Positions 55,103 through 64,000 of a stretch of DNA of 64,000 nt are shown here, piece after piece. The notes below the pieces were generated by a model that did not search any database, was not told the origin of the DNA, and was given only the letters and a program-made list of their open reading frames with translations. This DNA comes from Amoebidium appalachense. Lineage: Eukaryota > Protista > Ichthyosporea. Positions within the stretch are counted from its first letter, which is position 1. Every line of letters begins with the position of its first letter. The stretch spans positions 2,790,001-2,854,000 of the forward strand of contig CAVNZM010000010.1 in assembly GCA_963693365.1 (NCBI GenBank), in the 5' to 3' direction. The position numbers were made by a program, and so were the translations under genes.

Positions 55103-57105
55103 CTGCAGGATTGTGGGCTGACGGCAGCCACACACAATACAAACGAATGTCGAGGGCAAGCGTGTAGGCAGCCACCTGGCGGCATACACGGTTCAGGCGT
55201 TGGGATGCTGAACGACCCTTAGCAACAGCCCCAAGCAGCGCCGTCGAATCAAGGCCCCAAAGGTAGCGGGAGCCCCGGGCAGCCGTAGACCGACCTAATC
55301 GACGAAGCCCCAGGAGCAAGGCTTCTCCCTCCAGAATGTTGATGTGGTCGGAGTGGCGCCAACGATGACTGATGTTGGTGGTCCGAGTCCACCGGCCACC
55401 AACAGCTGCCAGGATAGGTGCCGGGGGGGCGGACGGGCTTGGCTCGTGCACAGGACCAGACAGCTGGCTGTAGTGGCCACGCCGGTTGCAGTGAGGCAGC
55501 ACTTCGCGGAGAAGCGTTGCTGGAAGCACCCGGGACACCACTGCACCACCCAACAAGGAAGCATCAGTGCAGAACATGGTGCTAGCAAACCCAGAACGCA
55601 AATCACAACGCATCAAAGGGGCCAAAGCACACATCGCCTGAAGCTCCCACACCACGGGCGGGGGAAGGGGCTGTTCCCGACCCCCCAGCTGCTCCACAAA
55701 ACTGTAGACGGCACTCAGAACCGACAAAAGCGGCCGCTGCAGCAGTGCCGCCCACACCCAACCACCAAGCAACTGCTGCAAACGGAGCTGCGTGACGACA
55801 CCACGACGCAACACGGCCTGGGTTTCCGCCACCAGACGGCACAAGGAAGCGCCAGACGGGCGCAATATCCCAGAGCGATGCATTTCCAGGCCTAGCAGCA
55901 CCATAGAGGACGACGAACCAGCAGTCACATCCTTCTTAACATTGGAGGGAAGACCAGCCGGGCCGGTGACGCCATGATACGATTCACGCTGACGATTAAT
56001 GGGGGTGGCATCTGTGCCGACCCAGCCACAGTCGTCCACATACAGGGCATGCTGCGTGGCCTCCACAGGCCGCGGCACTATCGCACAGAGGCGCTCAATG
56101 CGGGGCATGCCGGCTCGGTCAGCCAACTGCCCATGGACGTCTTGAGCCACAAGCACAGAATGCACCCAGCCCATGGGCACGGTCTTGAGGGCCGGGTACA
56201 CAAGCCGGTCGGGCCCAGAAATGCCAACAGCCTCCGAAGACACAGGCGGCAATCCGAAGTACCGCCACAGCCGCTCCGGGGCAAGAAGACGATGGAACTG
56301 GTTGTCCATGTCCGACTTGCCAAAATAGAGGCAATCCTCAGGCCCCAGCAACAGATCGGCAAAATCGGCAGGGTTGGGCAGGTGCACCTTGAGGGCAGGA
56401 TGATCACGGGCAAAGAACAGGTTGCCACGGCGGTCGTCAAAAATGACGCGGGCTCTGGTGTCTTTGGGGACCCCAAACAGCCCATTGATGGCCAGTGGTT
56501 TTTCCTTCGCCTCGAAATAGTGCACCATGCCGCACTCTTGAAACCGAAGAAGCAGGGGACCGTATTCCCCACTGGGAACGTGATACGCCGGTCGGATGCG
56601 GCGCAGCTCTGCAGGCGTCGGCGGAACAGGCTTGACAAGGCCGCCGTCGCAGTTGGCCAAAAACGGCTGGCAGCGTAGGAGACAAAAACTGCAACACGTC
56701 CACTGTGGCTCCAACCCCAGGGGGTGGCAAAGCGGCATTTGCCGCCGTGAGAGGTAGCCATCCTGTCAATACAGGGTAGGCCGCGGGGAACGCAGCCAAG
56801 ACACTACTCGCAGGCTGAGCGTCGTAGACACCCGCGCGTATAGCATCGTAGCTGGCCCTAAGGACAAAGGTCCACAGGGCATGGTGGTGACTGTTCACCA
56901 ACCGGGTCGGGAATGGGCAAGGGCCGCCTGCCCACAGCTCGTTGAGGGCACCAAGACAACGGTTAGCCAAGGTAACCCCCTTCAGGCGGTGAGACAGACG
57001 TTGCCGACGGCGTTGACTCTGTAGACGGGCTTGTCCAGAACGGTCCGGCACAGGAATGGCCGGAACAGGAAACAAATTAGAGGCGGCAACGACATGACGT
57101 GGCAT
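55077..57105 (-). pseudogene. Reverse transcriptase/RNase H of family Y (single frameshift near 56660)
   Basis: FGVPK..RVIFD, KSDMDNQF, PMGW, YVDD, TDAS, HINILE, DS...KGRS, NPADGPSR. The N-terminal part (LFPVP..RRRQR..ANRCLGALNEL) lies in ORF 56437..57138 and joins across a T5 run. Confidence 0.92.
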
Positions 57106-57215
57106 AGCTGTGGAATCATTAGAAAAATTAGGGGGCATATTTAATCAAGGGCACGTGGCAGGAAACCACAAGAAAATAATATACAGAACCGCGTGCCGAA
57201 CCCCCAAAGGGCCGT

Positions 57216-57948
57216 TTAGGCCCTGTGCCCACCGGTCCCCGGAGGGGTCGATGGACCGGCTCCGGATGGGCCACTGCCGGGACCGCGCCGAGCCCGGGTG
57301 ACTTCGGCTAGGGTCTTGGCTTGACGAACAGCCCGGGTGGCCAAGGCAGGGGGCAGGGGCAGGCTGCGCGCAGGGAGCTCCTCAAACTGCTCTGCAACAG
57401 CCCAGTCCCCGTTGGACTGATCAGCAGTCTGCACAGCCAGCAGACGGCGCACACCAACTTCCACAGCAGGTGACTCCTTGCGGGCCTTAGGGTCGGCGGC
57501 CAGCAGCAGATCCAGCATACGGGCAAGCGTCAGAGCCTCCCGTTTGTTGCGGTAGCTGACCCATTCCGCCGCGTGGACAGCCGCAGTGACCGAGGCCTGG
57601 TCAGCCAAGGTGCTCTTGAGGTAGGAAGGGTCAGACGTTCTTTGACGCGCAGGTTGACTTTGGCGTCGCTGGAGAGCAGATAACGGCTGGGGTTGGATTT
57701 GGAACGGCCAGAGGAACGACGGCTGCGAGAGAAACGACCGTTGCCACTGCTGCTGGAATCAGAATCCTCACTCGACGATGGGGTGTCTTCACTGCCGGTG
57801 TCGTACGCATAGACAGGCCCCTTGCCCTTTGCCCACGCAGACAGCGTGGTCAGCAGGCCGCCGGCAGAGGGCTTCTTGGGGCGACCAGACTGGGCAACAG
57901 AGAGGGCTTGCACTTGGGCAGAAAGCGCCTGCAGCTGCTCTTGGACGT
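57216..57948 (-). pseudogene. Gag-like ORF1 of family Y copy 1 (3' part)
   Basis: Near-identical to 63153-63872; carries a 1-nt deletion near 57630. Confidence 0.8.
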
Positions 57949-58342
57949 TGGGCAGGTGCACCAGTTCGTTCTTGGTGGAGTCATTGAAGCACTCGTACGC
58001 AGCTCGAACCTGCGTTTTTTGTTGGTAATATTACTTTACAATATAATGCACGGAGTCCATTACCAAATGGCGAAAGTTCTGCCATCGTTACCTGTAGGAT
58101 CTATACACCTAGACACTTGCAGGGGGGGGGGGGTCGTAGTGGGAAGGACGGAAGACAGGGGGGTTGGGTGGGGGGGGGGGGGGGGGGGGGGGTGGGGGCG
58201 GCACACACATACGTTCTGTAACGCGCCTTCATCTCGTTGAGTGAGTCCTTTTTTATAATGTATTTCCGTTTATATATTTACACATAATCGCCACATTCAT
58301 TAACCGGTGCGCCATGATAAGCACATGGCCGGCTTATCATTG

Positions 58343-58376
<34 letters not shown>

Positions 58377-58504
58377 ATAACACACACAGCATTGGACACC
58401 GTCCAATCTTGTTCTCACCAAGGCATCCACATGCTTGCACACAATGCAGAAACATGCACTCACACACACGCACGCACAGGCACACCGGGACACACACACA
58501 CACC

Positions 58505-58567
<63 letters not shown>

Positions 58568-58760
58568 TCACACACACACACACCACACACACACAAACAC
58601 ACAACACACACACACACACATACAGAGAGACACACACACATATGCACACACACGGTGCATTTCCTCCCCTCCATTCCCTCTCCACAGAGCACACACACAC
58701 ACACACGGTGCATCCCCCCTCCCTTCCCTCTCAACCGAGCACATACACACACACATACAT

Positions 58761-58828
<68 letters not shown>

Positions 58829-59220
58829 CACACATGCACACATGCACGGACACGAATCCCCCCCTTCCCCTTCCCTCTCCACCGAGCACATGCACACATG
58901 CACAGACATGCACACACACACACACACCACACACGACGCACACAGACATGCACACACACACAAACACACAACACACACACACACATACACACAGACACAC
59001 AGACACACACACACACACACACACATGCACACACACGGTGCATTTCCCCCCTCCCCTTCCCTCTCCACAGAGCACACACACACACACGTGCACACATGCA
59101 CACACACGGTGCATCCTTCCTCTCCCCCCCTTCCCAAAGTTTTAACTGAGTACATACACACACACAGACATGCAAACACCCACAACATACACAGACATCC
59201 ACACATCATGCACAGACACG

Positions 59221-59256
<36 letters not shown>

Positions 59257-59549
59257 CACATATGCACACACAGACACACACACATGCACATGCACACTCA
59301 CATATGCACACACACACACACGCAAACATGCACACACACACACATACAGATATGCACACACATACTGTCTCTCTCTCTTTCTCTCCCTCCCTCCCTGCCT
59401 CCCTCCCCCCTCCCTCCCTCCCTCCCAACCATCCCTCTCTCCCTCCCTCCGTCCCTCCCTCCCTCCCTCCCTCCCCCCTCCCTCCCTCCCTCCCAACCAT
59501 CCCTCCCTCCCTCCCTCCGTCCTCCCTCCCTCCGTCGCTCCCTCCCTCC

Positions 59550-59591
<42 letters not shown>

Positions 59592-59700
59592 CACACACAC
59601 ACATGCACATGCACATGCACATGCAGATGCACACTCACATACGCACTCACACACACACGCAAAACACACACACACACACATACAGACATGCACACACTCA
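58343..59700. repeat. Long CA-rich and CCCT low-complexity tract
   Basis: Degenerate (CA)n with a recurring cacggtgcat..ccct.ctccacagagcac motif. Confidence 0.9.
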
Positions 59701-60133
59701 GTCATGTACCAGTGGGATTGATGCTGTTTACTCCAGGCAATGTACCAGTGTGTCGATTGATTTAGCTAATATTAGATCTATGTTTAGTGTGTTGTTTTTT
59801 CTCCTTTTTGTATTTAAGGCCTGGCCGGCCTCATAAAATGCTATCTAATCTTACTCGAAATTGAGCTTTTTTTGGACTTGAAGGCCGATTTTAGTAAAGC
59901 ACTGTGAATGCGTCCCCTGATGAGGGACTCTAGTCAATATATCTGCAAAACGTCCCCCCCTCCCCCCCTTAAAAAACACACACACACCCCACCCACCCAC
60001 ACACCCACCCACACACACACACACATACACCTACACCTACAGACACACACACACACAAACACACCTACACACACACACCTACACACCCACACACACACAC
60101 ACCCACACACCATACATAAACGCACCTACTCTT

Positions 60134-60184
<51 letters not shown>

Positions 60185-61289
60185 GTGACACACACACATA
60201 CACACACGCCACACACACACGCACTCACACGTGTGTGCGTGTAATAGCTTCGTCTTTTGGTTATGTTTATTTTCTTTTTTGTTTTACAAGGGTCTTGCTC
60301 CCTGCACCATGACATGTGCTATGTCGCGGCGCCCGTTTTCCCCCCGGCATGGTCTCTTCCCGCCCATGCCAGCACGGCAAGAGTGGAGCACACATGTGCC
60401 TGAGATCATAGGGTCAGCAAGCACCACCTCAAGTATCCCCGTGCTGGGGCTGGTAAAGACGACGTTGGCATAAGAATGATTATTTTGTGATCGTTTTTTC
60501 TTTGCAGGACCATTGGACAGCACCGGAGACAGAGTAGTAACAGGACTCCGTGTGCAAAATTATGCAGGTGATAGTGGTCACGAAAATTTGGTATGTAGGT
60601 ATGCTGTCTATACGATTTGCAGTTTAGGTTTTTATTGGTGAGAGTATGTAGGATGTGTTCCTGCATATGTAGACGTTTTGATTGGATAATAGTCATGAAA
60701 CGATCCCGCTTGCAATATTTAGTTTGTAAACGTGTTTTCTTTGCAGGAGAATTAGATAGCCCCGTTGGAGTGAAATTGTGTGTTGCGAGTGTGCTGTAAT
60801 ATTCTTAGTAGTAGCATTTTGTAGGTCTTGGTGTGTTTGATGTGTGTGCAAAGTTTCAGGCTGCTAGCATTTTTATTTTGGGAGCTGTAGCTGTTTTTAT
60901 GTTCTGAGGGATATGCCATATGGATATATTGATGAGTGTGAGTTATATCTAGTCCGAAATGGGCGGCAATTGATTTGGTCTTTGTGATCTAGGGGTTTTA
61001 GCCACTTGTGAAAATTTTTCATCAATAGTGAAACTATTTCGATTGGTTCTTCGAATCATTGACCTGATTGGGTGTAATACACCAATTATCTTTCAAGAAA
61101 GAATAATTGCTGTGTATTCCACCAATCATGGTCTGGCGCTGAATCTTGGCTGCAAGCTATATAAGCTGCAGCCGAGAGAAGCCTTGATCAGTCTTCCCTC
61201 ACTCAGCGCCACTTGTAAAGCGCTGAGTTGTTAGTGTGGGCTCACGATAGCTTGTAGATCAGCCCCTCCTCTGAGGGCACTAAGTTGCC

Positions 61290-61973
61290 ATGACCGACCA
61301 GTACGCGACGCGTCTCACCGAGTTCCTGCCCAGCGCGGGCGACACCACAAGCGGTGCCCGCTCCGAACGCTGGGCCCCCCCGCCATTGGTACTTATCAAG
61401 ACCCGCACCCAAGTTGCCCTAGCCACCCCCGCACTTCGCGACGTTGCCAACCTCCTGTGTGAACAAGGGCTGTTCGATGGTCCCGAACCATTGGATCCTC
61501 AGTGGGGGTGGCTCGACAAGGTGTCTGCTGGTGCCCGGGAAGAGTGTTGCACACTCATTGGTGCTCTGTCTGCTCTCATCCAGGGTGCCAACCTTGCCGC
61601 GGCTAAGGCAACAACCGAGGGTCACATGATCAAGCTGCTGCTTCAGTACCAGTGTGACGTCGTCCACATGCTGGCCTCCCGGCTCAACTACCAGAAGATG
61701 CGTGCTCAGTATGGTGCTGCAGTTGCCGATTTCGCCAAGGCCGAAGTTGAGGGTGTCAGCTCCCACGAGTTCCTGCCCGCCTGGAACCGTGGTCTAGTGG
61801 CCGCCAGGCAGAAGGCCGCCAGCCTCCAGCTCGCCCACTCCAGTACTGCCCGCCGCAACCCCGCCCGTAGTGGAGGCTTCGGCAACGACCAGACTTCACC
61901 CAGCCCGTCCAATGGTGCCGGCCGTGGGCGTGGGGCTCCTCGTCGTGGGGCTCCCGCCCCGGCCGATCACTAA
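61290..61973 (+). CDS. Gag-like ORF1 of the family X DIRS-like element
   Basis: 227-aa intact ORF with an RG-rich tail, homologous to 357..1076, directly upstream of RT. Confidence 0.75.
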   Translation: MTDQYATRLTEFLPSAGDTTSGARSERWAPPPLVLIKTRTQVALATPALRDVANLLCEQGLFDGPEPLDPQWGWLDKVSAGAREECCTLIGALSALIQGANLAAAKATTEGHMIKLLLQYQCDVVHMLASRLNYQKMRAQYGAAVADFAKAEVEGVSSHEFLPAWNRGLVAARQKAASLQLAHSSTARRNPARSGGFGNDQTSPSPSNGAGRGRGAPRRGAPAPADH

Positions 61974-62392
61974 CTGACGGCCCCGCGTCCCGTACACCCC
62001 ACTCCCCTCTATCAGAGAGTACGGGATCACGCAGCGGAGTGGGCAAGGAACGGCGCCAGTTCCTTTGTCCTCAGATGGATTCGTCAGGGCGTCCTTCCTC
62101 GTTGGGGCCCTTCAGGCCCTCCCCCCCCAGCAGACCATGGCTACTATATCCCGGTGGACAATGTGCCCGAGTCTACCATGCTGGATCTGGCCCTGGAGAT
62201 GGTGGCCCATGGCGAGCTGGAGGAGATTTCTGTCAGCCAATCATATTGCGTTCATCCTTGCTTCACGGTCGCCAAATCCGATGGATCCCGGCGACCAATC
62301 ATCGATCCGTATTTGACCAATTCTGCATGCCTCCCCCTGCACACCAAGTTCGACAACCTCCACGACCTGGCAGTGTTGGCGCGGCGGGGGGA
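61974..62392 (+). pseudogene. DIRS-type RT N-terminus (truncated), in frame with gag
   Basis: EWARNGASSFVLRWIRQG ... CFTVAKSDGSRRPIID ... KFDNL. Confidence 0.85.
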
Positions 62393-62499
62393 GTGAAAAT
62401 TTTTCATTGCTTGATGTGCAGCAAAAATTCCATTTTGGTAGATTTCATGGATTTGATGGTTTTTATGTCATTTCTTCATATTTCCATAGGCCAAAATGT

Positions 62500-62531
62500 G
62501 GGCCGCGCTATATAATGAGCTTGCGCGGCCC
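62500..62531 (+). promoter_or_regulatory. TATA box in the family Y A repeat, within a 9-bp inverted repeat
   Basis: gggccgcgc TATATAA tgagctt gcgcggccc; also present in A2 (~53634-53665). Confidence 0.6.
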
Positions 62532-62818
62532 GAGGGAGGTCAGTTGCGGCGCTACTGAGCGCGTTTAGGTCTCTTTAGGCCCAATTTTTTAGCTAAGTTT
62601 TTGCAACTCTAGTCCCCGTTTTTCGCGCTGTTGTTCGTTTTTTCTCTAGTGTTTTTTGCCCAGGAGCGCGCACTTAGCTTCGGCAGCATCTGGTAAGAGT
62701 TTTGCGTGCGCGCCGTTGCGTTTTAGCTGGTTTTCGGACGTTTTTTGCGGTGTCGTTTTTCCCGCGTTTTTGCATTTTCCAGTCTTCGTTTTCAAGTTCT
62801 CGTGCTCTAGTCTGGTTT

Positions 62819-63872
62819 ATGAGCATTGCAATGGCCCCTCCTCCTGCTCTCGTCGCCAAGGGGGCCGCTCTCCTCGAAAAGCTTATGGAGAAATCTACCA
62901 ATGAGGACGACGCAAGTCTCAAAAGTCTGGCCGTTTTGCAGTCCAACGCCCTCCCCTGGAACAGCTTGCCGGCAGAAACCGTCAACAGTGTGGTTTCAGC
63001 CCTCAAGGCGCGCTCGGTGGCTTTTGATGACCCTGAGATGGTCGGTTGGAAAGTCACCGACCAGCTGCACTTGCTCTGTCGCACTCCTCGCAGCGGCCGT
63101 GCCTCCCCCCCACCTGGGTCGCCCTCTCCCCAGCGGCGTTCTGACGATGTAGACGTCCAAGAGCAGCTGCAGGCACTTTCTGCCCAAGTGCAAGCCCTCT
63201 CTGTTGCCCAGTCTGGTCGCCCCAAGAAGCCCTCTGCCGGCGGCCTGCTGAGCACGCTGTCTGCGTGGGCAAAGGGCAAGGAGCCTGTCTATGCGTACGA
63301 CACCAGCAGTGAAGACACCCCATTCTTCTTCCAGCAGCAGTGGCTACGGTCGTTCCTCTCGCAGCCGTCGTTCCTCTGGCCCTTCCAACCCCAACCCCAG
63401 CCGTTATCTGCTCTCCAGCGGCGCCAAAGTCAACCTGCGCGTCAAAGAACGTCTGGCCCCTTCCTACCTCAAGAGCACCTTGGCTGACCAGGCCTCGGTC
63501 ACTGCGGCTGTCCACGCGGCGGATTGGGTCAGCTACCGCAACAAACGGGAGGCTCTGACGCTTGCCCGTATGCTGGATCTGCTGCTGGCCGCCGACCCTA
63601 AGGCCCGCAAGGGGTCACCTGCTGTGGAAGTTGGTGTGCGCCGTCTGCTGGCTGTGCAGACTGCTGATCAGTCCAACGGGGACTGGGCTGTTGCAGAGCA
63701 GTTTGAGGAGCTCCCAGCGCACAGCCTGCCCCTGCCCCCTGCCTTGGCCACCCGGGCTGTTCGTCAAGCCAAGACCCTCGCCGAAGTCACCCGGGCTCGG
63801 CGCGGTCCCGGCAGCGCCCCATCCGGGGCCGGTCCATCAACCCCTCCGGGGACCGGTGGGCACAGGGCCTAA
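62819..63872 (+). pseudogene. Gag-like ORF1 of family Y copy 2 (frameshift near 63325)
   Basis: ORFs 62702..63487 and 63291..63872 join into one protein when compared with copy 1. Motif W..RNKREALTLAR..D..EVGVRRL..VQTAD...W. Confidence 0.8.
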
Positions 63873-64000
63873 ACGGCCCTTTGGGGGTTCGGCACGCGGT
63901 TCTGTATATTATTTTCTTGTGGTTTCCTGCCACGTGCCCTTGATTAATATGCCCCCTAATTTTTCTAAGGATTCCACAGCTATGCCACGTCATGTCTTTG

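Larger units (their letters stand above)
53374..57948 (-). mobile_element. YR retrotransposon with split direct repeats (PAT/Ngaro-type layout), family Y copy 1, 5'-truncated
   Basis: gag, RT/RNase H and tyrosine recombinase ORFs, followed by B1 (54161-54066), A2 (54067-53562) and B2 (53470-53374). The A sequence also occurs at the 5' end of copy 2. Confidence 0.9.
61023..62392 (+). mobile_element. 3'-truncated DIRS-like element (family X) inserted in the A1 repeat
   Basis: Contains promoter, gag and RT N-terminus. Flanked by GTGAAAATTTTTCAT at 61008-61022 and 62393-62407. Confidence 0.85.
60714..64000 (+). mobile_element. Family Y YR retrotransposon copy 2: A1 repeat (60714-61022 plus 62393-62604), leader, gag and start of RT ORF
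   Basis: A1 is the reverse complement of 53562-54067. The gag and spacer match copy 1. RT ATG at 63982. Confidence 0.9.

Overview
Intron-rich, repeat-dense eukaryotic DNA. The host is probably a unicellular eukaryote; the lineage cannot be fixed from this window. The left ~37 kb holds five spliced host genes: a heat-shock factor (-), a DEAD-box RNA helicase (+), an ankyrin protein resembling the ankyrin block of fungal Mbp1/Swi4/Swi6/Cdc10 but lacking a KilA-N domain (-), an ALA2-like P4-ATPase flippase (+) and an Aha1-N domain protein (-). Their introns are full of CA/GT microsatellites, G-runs and minisatellites. The same region also has a LINE relic and tiny hAT-type MITEs. The right ~26 kb is a nest of mobile elements: a degenerate chromovirus (Ty3/Gypsy) interrupted by a TA-flanked DNA transposon; a tandem non-autonomous LTR-like element carrying a related gag stub; two divergently oriented copies of a tyrosine-recombinase (YR) retrotransposon with split direct repeats (A-ORFs-B-A-B); and a fragment of a second DIRS-like family inserted into the A repeat with a 15-bp duplication of a palindromic site. 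A relative of that second family is cut by the left window edge. All exon boundaries and similarities were read by eye; no database search was run.
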